The notes under the pieces are model-generated. The model saw nothing but the letters and a program-made list of their open reading frames with translations. It did no database searches and had not been told where the DNA came from. This document shows, one piece after another, positions 7,309-17,355 of a stretch of DNA of 64,000 bases. The position numbers and the translations under genes are program-made. Source of the stretch: an uncultured virus (IMG/VR IMGVR_UViG_3300017971_000274) (Duplodnaviria; Heunggongvirae; Uroviricota; Caudoviricetes); the IMG/VR virus record IMGVR_UViG_3300017971_000274, positions 1 through 64,000 of that record; one strand, given 5' to 3'. How positions within the stretch are numbered: position 1 is the first letter of the stretch; every line of letters starts with the position of its first letter.

Positions 7309-7700
7309 TGTACAACTACGATCGCCGCAAGAAGACCGCTGCCAAGATGGACCTCTACGCCAAGTGGAGGGACATTATTGACGCACACGCCGAGGCCGAG
7401 CGGCGAGATCTTGATAACTTGTTGAAATCCACAGTCCCCTACCTAAAGTCGGTCGGCCTTGATATCGACCTGAGACGATCTTACTTGAGTAAGTATTATC
7501 ACGGGTCTGACGGTGTTAGAATCGAGGGGATGCTGTACCTCAAGGATCGTCCGGAGAACACAGTAAAGCTGATTGAATTCGGAGAACGCGAGGGAGCGGA
7601 GCGAGTCTCCAAGTGGTTGGACAGTGCAATAGACATGTACGGCCACGCACAATACGACAAAGCCAAGGACGAGTGGCAGGTCGATATTACCGCGTCCTGA
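7308..7700 (+). CDS. hypothetical protein (MYNYDRR N-terminus)
   Basis: TAATG coupling; YDRR then KTAA. Confidence 0.7.
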   Translation: MYNYDRRKKTAAKMDLYAKWRDIIDAHAEAERRDLDNLLKSTVPYLKSVGLDIDLRRSYLSKYYHGSDGVRIEGMLYLKDRPENTVKLIEFGEREGAERVSKWLDSAIDMYGHAQYDKAKDEWQVDITAS

Positions 7701-7706
7701 ATCCAA

Positions 7707-7782
7707 GGGGCCATAGCTCAGTTGGGAGAGCGCGTGACTGGCAGTCACGAGGTCGGGGGTTCAATTCCCCCTGGCTCCACCA
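7707..7782 (+). tRNA. tRNA-Ala(GGC)
   Basis: Full cloverleaf GGGGCCA...TGGCTCCACCA, loop CTGGCAG, G3:U70. Confidence 0.95.
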
Positions 7783-7798
7783 TGGTGTAATCTAAGGC

Positions 7799-8047
7799 GT
7801 GGCTTTCGTTGTGGTGAAAGAGTTGGCCGAGCCTCTCCCTGAACGGGTTCAGGGGACGGTTCGGTTGCCTACAGATGAAGAAGGGCACCCTTACGGACAG
7901 TGGTCGGCTGTCCTAGAAAAGACGGAGACCAACGGGGTGTACCGTCTTCGGGCTTTGGTTGAGGGTGCGTTGGCGGGTGTTTCGGGAGGAGATATTCTTA
8001 CATTCTATCGTGCTCCTAAGAAGTTGGCGGTATTGATCGCAGTGTGA
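7799..8047 (+). CDS. hypothetical protein
   Basis: GTG start 9 nt after a GGTGTA motif. Confidence 0.55.
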   Translation: MAFVVVKELAEPLPERVQGTVRLPTDEEGHPYGQWSAVLEKTETNGVYRLRALVEGALAGVSGGDILTFYRAPKKLAVLIAV

Positions 8048-8121
8048 TCGGGCGTCGTCTAATGGCAGGACATCGGTTTTTGGTGCCGAGTATCGGGGTT
8101 CGAATCCCTGCGCCCGAGCCA
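8048..8121 (+). tRNA. tRNA-Gln(TTG)
   Basis: TCGGGCG/CGCCCGA acceptor, loop TTTTGGT, T loop TTCGAAT, GCCA end. Confidence 0.92.
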
Positions 8122-8227
8122 AATTATTTTTCTTGAGTTGATTTTTTCGGTGTAATATAAGGAGGTACGGAGACAAAGTTTCACGTGAAACGAGGTTTGA
8201 GGAAAACGTAATGTCCTTGTTGGAGGG

Positions 8228-8500
8228 GTGTATTGGAGAGCGCATTTGGAACACTGTGAAAAAGGCGCGTTAGAGATACGGAGACCGCATGGGCCTGACC
8301 ACGTTTACGTGTGTCTTCATTGCGGTCGGCGTTCATGGGATCGCCTGGGACACAACGCACTCACCCCCGGCTGGGGCCGAAGTTGCACGGAGAAGGCTGT
8401 CAGATTGCCCTCAAAGGCTCTGGAACTCAACGCTCAAGGTTTGGTCCGGGCCGTACGAAAAGCTGATGTTGTAGCTCTCCGTGATTCATCTTTGAATTAA
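8228..8500 (+). CDS. hypothetical protein with CxxC
   Basis: GGAGG upstream; CLHCG. Confidence 0.5.
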   Translation: MYWRAHLEHCEKGALEIRRPHGPDHVYVCLHCGRRSWDRLGHNALTPGWGRSCTEKAVRLPSKALELNAQGLVRAVRKADVVALRDSSLN

Positions 8501-8556
8501 GAGCTTCGAGGTGTAATAGCTCTTGCTCGCTATGACGAGCATGGCATTATAACACC

Positions 8557-9069
8557 ATGCCAGAAGAGCGGAAGTGTAAGCATTGTCACAAAACTAAGCC
8601 TATCGGGAAGTTCAGACCGTTAAGGCGCAATTCCCCTTACCGACGGCGAATCTGCACAGCTTGTTATGGTAAAGTTTACTGGCAGCGGCACAAGGACAAA
8701 TTGAATGTTCAACGTAGTCAGTATCGTAAGAACAATCCAGCACAAGCGATCTACAGTGACACTAGAGCCGTCGATCGTAAGAAAGGGAGAGCCAACGATC
8801 TCACAAAGGAGTTTATCGCAGAGTCGATTTCCAAAGGTTGTAGCTATTGCGGAGAGGCGTCGATTAGAATGAGCTTGGATCGTATCGATAATAGTAAAGG
8901 ACACACCGTTGATAATGTGGTCCCAGCTTGCATAAGATGTAATACCATTCGGGGGTCAATGCCTTATGACGCATGGCTGCGTATTGCCCCGGCCATTCGG
9001 AAGACTCGTAAGGCGGGCCTTTTTGGCTCGTGGGTTGGCCGTCGATTTCCTGCTCGGGTGGTGGAATAG
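8557..9069 (+). CDS. HNH-family endonuclease with Zn fingers
   Basis: CSYCG...LDRIDNSKGHTVDNVVPACIRCN. Confidence 0.8.
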   Translation: MPEERKCKHCHKTKPIGKFRPLRRNSPYRRRICTACYGKVYWQRHKDKLNVQRSQYRKNNPAQAIYSDTRAVDRKKGRANDLTKEFIAESISKGCSYCGEASIRMSLDRIDNSKGHTVDNVVPACIRCNTIRGSMPYDAWLRIAPAIRKTRKAGLFGSWVGRRFPARVVE

Positions 9070-9141
9070 GTAGACACAGGCGAAGTCGCTATAGGGCTTT
9101 GCTGGCCGGGAGGCTTGTAAGTTCGACTCTTACCCCGAGCA
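9052..9141 (+). tRNA. atypical tRNA-Leu-like RNA with a 9-bp anticodon stem
   Basis: GCTCGGG/CCCGAGC-A acceptor, Leu-type D arm, long variable arm, T arm GTAAG-TTCGACT-CTTAC. Confidence 0.7.
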
Positions 9142-9152
9142 CGATTAGGTGA

Positions 9153-9305
9153 ATGATGACCAAAGAGGAAATAGAAAAACTGTTCATGACACAGTTGGAC
9201 GAGTTAGAAGACGCTTTCAGGCACTGCGACGTTGTAGAGATCTTCTCCCATCTGGCTCAGTTGGTCCATGATGAGATCGTCGTAAAGATGTCTGATAAAG
9301 ATTAG
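9153..9305 (+). CDS. small hypothetical protein (50 aa)
   Basis: Manually read ORF MMTKEEIEKL... after AGGTG. Confidence 0.4.
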   Translation: MMTKEEIEKLFMTQLDELEDAFRHCDVVEIFSHLAQLVHDEIVVKMSDKD

Positions 9306-9365
9306 CGGGTGTGAGAGGCCCAGAGAATAACCTTAACAAGGAGGCGCTGATGAGGCGTTAGGACA

Positions 9366-9905
9366 ATGTCTGAGTTCCATACACTATTACTGACCCCGTG
9401 GATGCAACCACACCGAATCGTTCCTTGGCAGGACGCTATCTGTCGGCTCTACATGGGAGAGATCGAGGTCTTGGAGTCTTACGACGAGACCGTGTCGTCT
9501 CCGAGTGTGACCTACCAGATTCCGTCCGTAGCTAGACTTACGTCCAAAATCCCGACCCACAAGAAGGGTGTCAAGTTCTCGCGGATCAACGTTCTGACTC
9601 GTGACAACTTCACCTGCCAGTACTGTGGGAATCGGCTTCCGCGTCGTGAGTTGAACTACGATCACGTGACCCCGAGGAACCAGGGCGGTAAGACTAACTG
9701 GATCAACATTGTCACGGCGTGCTACGCCTGTAATGCCCGTAAGGCCGGTCGTACTCCCAGGCAAGCCAAGATGAGGTTGCTTAGGAAACCGTACAGGCCC
9801 AAGTCTCTACCGCTTCCCATGCCAGCGATTCCGATCGAGATGTGTCCGGAGGAGTGGTCCTTCTATCTGGGAGGCACGCCCCGGCACATGTTGGCGGCTG
9901 GATAA
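9366..9905 (+). CDS. HNH endonuclease
   Basis: RDNFTCQYCG...DHVTPRNQGG...NIVTACYACN. Confidence 0.92.
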   Translation: MSEFHTLLLTPWMQPHRIVPWQDAICRLYMGEIEVLESYDETVSSPSVTYQIPSVARLTSKIPTHKKGVKFSRINVLTRDNFTCQYCGNRLPRRELNYDHVTPRNQGGKTNWINIVTACYACNARKAGRTPRQAKMRLLRKPYRPKSLPLPMPAIPIEMCPEEWSFYLGGTPRHMLAAG

Positions 9906-9911
9906 ACCCTC

Positions 9912-9948
9912 AAACGCCCACGAGCTTAGGTTCGTGGGCGTTTTATTT
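9912..9948 (+). terminator. intrinsic terminator
   Basis: AAACGCCCACGAGC-TTAG-GTTCGTGGGCGTTT plus T-rich tail. Confidence 0.8.
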
Positions 9949-9979
9949 AGGTTTTTGGGACCCCAGCGGTAGACCAAAC

Positions 9980-10138
9980 ATGAGGAACGGATCATATCGT
10001 AAGGCGGGTGGGCGCAAGTCTTGGGTTGTCCGTCATGGTCATGCCCCGAAGCGTGCTCCGAACGCCGCTGAAAAGGCTATCGAAACGCGGGTTCGTCGTC
10101 GAGCTAAGGCCGAGATTCAGGCTCAACTGTCGGATTAG
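9980..10138 (+). CDS. small basic hypothetical protein
   Basis: ATG 9980, Arg/Lys-rich. Confidence 0.4.
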   Translation: MRNGSYRKAGGRKSWVVRHGHAPKRAPNAAEKAIETRVRRRAKAEIQAQLSD

Positions 10139-10446
10139 CGTAGTCCTTGCAGGAGGGGAATGACTCGTTCTGGTTCCTCCTGCAAGACTCTGCTCCTTAC
10201 CCGGTTGTAGAACTCGTCCCGTTTGGTCAGCTTATGTTTCCATTGTCCCGTGATCGTGAGGTACCCGATCAGGTACACGAGTTCGCAAGAGTCCACATCT
10301 ACTCGGTCGAGCACCTCGTCAACGGCGGTCCCGTTCCCTTCCAACATCCAATCGTCCAAGGTGTCGTAGATGTAGTCGAGGACCGTGGATCTTGAAGCCT
10401 GAGTTTCATCCGGGAACCCAGCGAAGAATTTATCCGGGAGGCTCAT
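10135..10446 (-). CDS. hypothetical protein
   Basis: Minus-strand GGTGTA motif 9 nt before the ATG. Confidence 0.65.
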   Translation of the reverse strand: MSLPDKFFAGFPDETQASRSTVLDYIYDTLDDWMLEGNGTAVDEVLDRVDVDSCELVYLIGYLTITGQWKHKLTKRDEFYNRVRSRVLQEEPERVIPLLQGLR

Positions 10447-10476
10447 CTTGGATCTTACACCGGCACAAATAAGAAC

Positions 10477-10504
10477 TTGACTTCCCTTTTCCGGTGTATA
10501 TCAT
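10477..10504 (+). promoter_or_regulatory. sigma70-like promoter overlapping a GGTGTA motif
   Basis: TTGACT-N16-TATCAT. Confidence 0.5.
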
Positions 10505-10689
10505 GGTAAGCGTGAGGCCGCGCCTCCGGGTTGGGTCTCTCGTGCCGCTGATCGCGCCTAAGGAAAATCCGAGGTTTGGAAAGGCGGTGGACGTTCTGTG
10601 ACCGCTTAGCGGTCCTTTGGTTTTGGGGTCAGTCCAGGCCCGCACCAGGGGAAGTTGCTAGGCCAGACGGCTACGGGAGGACCAAAGCC

Positions 10690-12270
10690 ATGGAAATTAG
10701 TGCGAAACTCACATTTGATAAAGTCCAGTTTGACCTGGAAAACGAAGCCCACCTTGTCCTAGGGCTGTCAGCACCGTCGGTGTCGGTCGAAGACAAGCGA
10801 CCCCGGTTGTGCATCATACCGCTCGTGGACGTGTCCGGCTCTATGATGGGGTCAAAGCTCGTCTACGCGAAACGCTCGCTGACCAAGTTGATCGAGCACC
10901 TCTCACCGAACGATTACTGCGGCCTGATCGACTTCTCCGAATCTGCCCAGGTGATCTCAAGGCCCGTACCTTGTACCGCCGAAGCCAAGGAGGATCTGAA
11001 ACGTAAGGTTAGCGATCTTCAGACGAGAGGGTCCACCAACATTGCCGACGCGCTTCTCAAGGGTTTTGAACTTGCCCAAGAGGCGGACCTGTCGTCGGAG
11101 GTCATCCTAAGGGTCATTCTCTTCACGGATGGCAACGCCAACAGGGGTCCCGCCACAGAGCCGGAAGATCTCGTGGAGTTGGTTGGGTCCAACATGGAGA
11201 CGAGCACTGTTAGCGCTTTCGGCTACGGGTCGGACGTTCGTCAAGACATGCTTCTCGATATGTCCAAGAGAGGCAAAGGCAATTATGCCTTCGTGCAAAA
11301 CCCTGACGACGCGCTGTCGGCCTTCGGTAAGGAACTGGGCGGTCTGCTCAGCACCTACGCCACCAACCTGATAATCGACGTGAACCCGCTGGCCGGTCAC
11401 GAGATCGCTCAGGTGGTTTCGGACGTGGACGCCGACGAAGGGGATCTGGGCCAAGTGACTATCAAGATCCCGGATATCCTGTCTGACGAGGTCCGGAACA
11501 TCGTTTTGGCTGTCAAGTTGAAGGCCCAGAAGAACGCCTTTCCTCGTGAGATGAATGTCTTCGAGGTCAAGGCAGGTTATGACACCCTGGACGCAAACCT
11601 CCGGAAGGAGCACAAACAGGTCGAAGCCAAGGCCAAGGTCCAGTTCGTGAAGGCCGGTGAGCACCAGGAGAAGCCGGACGAGGAATTGGACAACATCGTG
11701 GGGCTGGCCCAGCTTGTTCGAGCGCAGATCGAGGCCGAAGAGCACGCCAAAGCGGGCAACTACGACTACGCTGTCCAGCACATGAACGACATTGGCGACG
11801 AATTCAAGACTCGTGGCCTGATCGGTGCTGCGGCGATGTCCAAGGGGATTAGCTCGCGGATGGGTAGCCGGACTTCTTACACGGCCAACGCCGCGTACTT
11901 CGCCAGCGTCACTCGTGGAGCCACGCGGGGTATGGGAGGCACCTACGAGGTGTCGGCAGCGGAGGATCTCGCCAACGCGGGCGTAACACTCTCCAACGCC
12001 GCCCAAGACGCCACGGCCGACGCCTTCTCTGCGGATGGTACAGGAGACGGTTCTATCTCTTCGGGTGGGAACTCATCGGTGGATAGCTCCGACCTGTACA
12101 TCGAGGCGGGCGATAATCAGCCTCTGACGTGGACCGCCAATCCCGACACGCTGACCAGCCCGGATTCGGTGGTGGTGCCAAGTCCGATCACCATCCCAGG
12201 CCAACCTGAGGAGAAGCCGGTCGAGAAGCCCAAGAAGCGTAAGATCGCCCAGAAGTCAAAGCGGTGGTAA
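10690..12270 (+). CDS. vWA domain protein (YfbK-like)
   Basis: DVSGSM MIDAS, GSTN, LFTDG; SD GGAGG before ATG 10690. Confidence 0.85.
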   Translation: MEISAKLTFDKVQFDLENEAHLVLGLSAPSVSVEDKRPRLCIIPLVDVSGSMMGSKLVYAKRSLTKLIEHLSPNDYCGLIDFSESAQVISRPVPCTAEAKEDLKRKVSDLQTRGSTNIADALLKGFELAQEADLSSEVILRVILFTDGNANRGPATEPEDLVELVGSNMETSTVSAFGYGSDVRQDMLLDMSKRGKGNYAFVQNPDDALSAFGKELGGLLSTYATNLIIDVNPLAGHEIAQVVSDVDADEGDLGQVTIKIPDILSDEVRNIVLAVKLKAQKNAFPREMNVFEVKAGYDTLDANLRKEHKQVEAKAKVQFVKAGEHQEKPDEELDNIVGLAQLVRAQIEAEEHAKAGNYDYAVQHMNDIGDEFKTRGLIGAAAMSKGISSRMGSRTSYTANAAYFASVTRGATRGMGGTYEVSAAEDLANAGVTLSNAAQDATADAFSADGTGDGSISSGGNSSVDSSDLYIEAGDNQPLTWTANPDTLTSPDSVVVPSPITIPGQPEEKPVEKPKKRKIAQKSKRW

Positions 12271-12340
12271 CTGTTGCCATTAAGAGGCCAGGGCGTTAGA
12301 GTCGTAGGCGCTGGCTGAACTGATAGCATGAGTCAATTCG

Positions 12341-12375
12341 AGGGAGATGGTCTCAGACCATCTCCCTTATTTTTT
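12341..12375 (+). terminator. intrinsic terminator
   Basis: AGGGAGATGGTC-TCA-GACCATCTCCCT plus T tract. Confidence 0.8.
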
Positions 12376-12392
12376 GGTGTAACGGAGAAAAG

Positions 12393-14425
<2,033 letters not shown>

Positions 14426-14450
14426 AGTCTTTGTCGGATACCTATATGGG

Positions 14451-15047
14451 ATGGACTCACGACTTCAAAGAGTAGGCGGAACGCGGCTGACCCATTTGAG
14501 ATATTCTGACGCTCCTAGGGTCGCTCAGGCCATTGTGGATGCCGCCGACGGCCGAGCGAGAGTGTTATCAGGCCAGTCTCATGACACACCGTATGTCGAG
14601 ATCGTGAGGGATCAAGCTTACACTGTAGTTATCCGAGGGGACGACTGGCGTAAGATTTTCCCGGTCTTTCGGTACAGCACCAAGAGGTACCAGCCTGTCG
14701 TTCCTCCGGAGAACGAGCCTCCTCCTGTAATGTCTCCGCAACCTAACCGTACGATGAAGCAGCCGCCTGAGAATCCGGCTGGGGGTATAAAGTCCTTCTT
14801 AGATGGGTTGCCGTTTGACGAGTATAGTAAGATTCAAAAATTGCTAACGACATTACGAGTCGATGCTTTTGGCAGACCTTCAAGTTGGTCCAAGGCGTCA
14901 ACTCCGAACCCGCGTCCGGACGGGTCTTCATTAATTTCCCCGGAACACCGTGCGGACTTCTCATCGTTCACGAGCACTTTTCTTTACAACCAACTCGTGA
15001 AAATTCTCCAACAACTTTTCCCTGTAGATTACCCAACAACCTATTGA
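14451..15047 (+). CDS. hypothetical protein
   Basis: 198 aa ORF filling the gap. Confidence 0.6.
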   Translation: MDSRLQRVGGTRLTHLRYSDAPRVAQAIVDAADGRARVLSGQSHDTPYVEIVRDQAYTVVIRGDDWRKIFPVFRYSTKRYQPVVPPENEPPPVMSPQPNRTMKQPPENPAGGIKSFLDGLPFDEYSKIQKLLTTLRVDAFGRPSSWSKASTPNPRPDGSSLISPEHRADFSSFTSTFLYNQLVKILQQLFPVDYPTTY

Positions 15048-15054
15048 GGTAACA

Positions 15055-15267
15055 ATGCCTATCGATCCAGCGGGAACGGTTCCCGGCCTTAAAGAAAAAG
15101 AAGAAGAACCCAAGAAGGTTCATATTCGCTGTAAAGACGCCGATTGTGATTCCATTCTCGCGATCGAATTGAAGGTAGCCGGTCAAGCGGGCGGGAGACG
15201 TTTGTACCAGTGTTGCAAGTGTAAGCGATCGTGGGGTATTCCCGTCGGGGGTTCTGTCGAATTGTGA
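15055..15267 (+). CDS. Zn-ribbon protein
   Basis: CKDADC...CCKC; SD GAGG. Confidence 0.65.
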   Translation: MPIDPAGTVPGLKEKEEEPKKVHIRCKDADCDSILAIELKVAGQAGGRRLYQCCKCKRSWGIPVGGSVEL

Positions 15268-15479
15268 CAGAAGACTTCATCAAGTGCCTCAAGTGCGAGG
15301 GCCGTCTGGCACCCAGTGGTGTAGAGGTCCACAGATACATCTGCCAGGACTGCGGTCAGCATTATCATGGGGTGCTCCAATTTGTCCCGGTAGATCCTGT
15401 GGAGCGTACGAAAGATCTGCTTGGGCCAGGAAATGCTACAGGAGATTCAGCACCAGACGGAGGGGGTGAAGTTCCTTAG
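15231..15479 (+). CDS. Zn-ribbon protein (start uncertain)
   Basis: CLKC...CQDC. Confidence 0.55.
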   Translation: MGYSRRGFCRIVTEDFIKCLKCEGRLAPSGVEVHRYICQDCGQHYHGVLQFVPVDPVERTKDLLGPGNATGDSAPDGGGEVP

Positions 15480-16377
15480 ACGCTTTGTTGAAGGGCGTCT
15501 GGTGTCACCGATTTTGCTGGTTGGTCCTGCGGGGGTTGGTAGGAAGTTTTCTGTGCTCAAGGCCGCACAAGAGGCTTTCTGCCAGGAGAATCGAGAACCG
15601 GACTGTCCGTGCTCGTCTTGCTACCAGATAACGAAAAACATCCACCCGGATATCCTCACGCTGGACGCCAGCGAAAAAGACATTGGTATCGACGACATAC
15701 GTCGATTGATCAGTGAGGCCAAGAGCTATCCGTCGGTCGCTTCGGTTCGATGCTTCGTCATCGACGGGGCGGACCGGTTCACGGGACCGGCCGCCAACGC
15801 TTTTTTAAAGACTCTTGAAGAGCCGCCAGCCCGGTCACGTTTTTTCTTGATCGCTGAAGATATCGATCGTGTGTTGCCTACAATTCGTTCGAGGTGCGGG
15901 CGCGTACAATACCTTCCGCTTCCCGAAGAGTTCGTTTTATCGGTAGTTCAGCAATACGATACGAGCGCTAAAGCTCTTGTCTATACGCGAATGGGAGAGG
16001 GTTCGGTAGGCAACGCTCTCCGCTACTGGGGTTCGGGTCGATTGGCCCTTCGAGATCAAGTCGTGGCTGTTCTCCAGGCAGCCTTGGACAAGGATCTTTC
16101 GACGTTGTTTGCGGCCGTGGATGCTATGGACAAGGATTTGCTACTAGCTCTGAAATTTCTGGAACAAATCGTCCACGATATATTTGTAGGCCGTGTAGAT
16201 ACTACCCGAGTTATTCATGCGGATCGTTCTGATGATCTGGAGAAGATAGGGAAGAGAGCCTCTCTACAAACATGGAACGAGTTAACCAAAAAAACGAGAG
16301 ATCTACAGAGCCGGTATCGGATAACTCGGATAAACCTCCCCTTCCATTTCAAGACAACTCTTGTTGAAACCTTTTAG
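15433..16377 (+). CDS. holB: DNA polymerase III delta-prime-like clamp loader subunit
   Basis: GPAGVGRK, Zn module CPCSSC, HPD, ANAFLKTLEEPP, TIRSRC. Confidence 0.88.
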   Translation: MLQEIQHQTEGVKFLRRFVEGRLVSPILLVGPAGVGRKFSVLKAAQEAFCQENREPDCPCSSCYQITKNIHPDILTLDASEKDIGIDDIRRLISEAKSYPSVASVRCFVIDGADRFTGPAANAFLKTLEEPPARSRFFLIAEDIDRVLPTIRSRCGRVQYLPLPEEFVLSVVQQYDTSAKALVYTRMGEGSVGNALRYWGSGRLALRDQVVAVLQAALDKDLSTLFAAVDAMDKDLLLALKFLEQIVHDIFVGRVDTTRVIHADRSDDLEKIGKRASLQTWNELTKKTRDLQSRYRITRINLPFHFKTTLVETF

Positions 16378-16383
16378 TGGGAC

Positions 16384-17346
16384 ATGGCCTCCTCTAAGTC
16401 ATCCTCATTCAATCCCTTTGTGATCGCCTTTGGTGATGAGGATTTCTATCTTGACCGTGACATAGAACGAGCACGTCAAGGTAAGAGAGATATCCTTCGT
16501 GTTGACGGCGGGGATCTAAAGCCTGTTCAACTCGTTGACCTGTGCGAGGCTTACTCAGAGATCCCGCGTACCATAATCTTAGATAACGCCCAGAAAATAA
16601 GGGCGAACGACGCTTTACGCACGTTTGTAGGCACCCGAGACCGTTCTGACAAATCCCTCATTCTCATGGCGGTCGTCCGGAGTTCCAAGCTTCCGGACGT
16701 GTGGGAACTCGCTGCCTCTAAGGGTAAGAAAGTCGAACGGCGTAGATTCAAGCCGTGGGAGACGGATAACTATGTGAAGTTCGTCAAGACGGAGGCGACC
16801 CGTCTTCGTGTGGCGATCGACAAGGACGTAGCTTCAACACTGTATCAATACGTTGGCCCGGACCTATATCGGTTGGAAAACGAATTGCGGAAACTCGCAA
16901 TCTATGTGGGTCAGGCGGGAAGCGTCAAAAAGGAGCATATAAAGTTAATAACAAGCCCGACCCCGAAGGCCGAACCGTTCCAGGTGGCCGAGCAAGTAAT
17001 AGCAAAGAATTTGAAGGGGGCGCTAAGCTTGTTTTCGGTGTTGTACAGGAACTCAGGGGATGATGCTCTCATCCCGGTCGTACGCTCGATCATGAAGCAG
17101 GTAGAAAAAACGGTAGTTATTCGAAACCTTCAAGATAGAGGTGTAGAAGAATCAAATATAGCGGCCACCGTGGGAATGAAGGAGTGGCCGTACAAGAACA
17201 TTGCGGCACCCATAGCGCGTAAACATGATCCTAAATCGTTAGTGGACTACATGAGGCGGCTGTGCAGATTAGATGTAGATGTGAAAGGCCCATCTCGATC
17301 AAAAAGAACCCTGGTCGAGTTGGCAATATTGTCTATAGCTCGTTAG
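16384..17346 (+). CDS. holA: DNA polymerase III delta-like clamp loader subunit
   Basis: FGDEDFYL, GPDLYRLENELRKLAIY, C-terminal LDVDVKG...LVELAIL. Confidence 0.8.
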   Translation: MASSKSSSFNPFVIAFGDEDFYLDRDIERARQGKRDILRVDGGDLKPVQLVDLCEAYSEIPRTIILDNAQKIRANDALRTFVGTRDRSDKSLILMAVVRSSKLPDVWELAASKGKKVERRRFKPWETDNYVKFVKTEATRLRVAIDKDVASTLYQYVGPDLYRLENELRKLAIYVGQAGSVKKEHIKLITSPTPKAEPFQVAEQVIAKNLKGALSLFSVLYRNSGDDALIPVVRSIMKQVEKTVVIRNLQDRGVEESNIAATVGMKEWPYKNIAAPIARKHDPKSLVDYMRRLCRLDVDVKGPSRSKRTLVELAILSIAR

Positions 17347-17355
17347 GGAGTCCAC

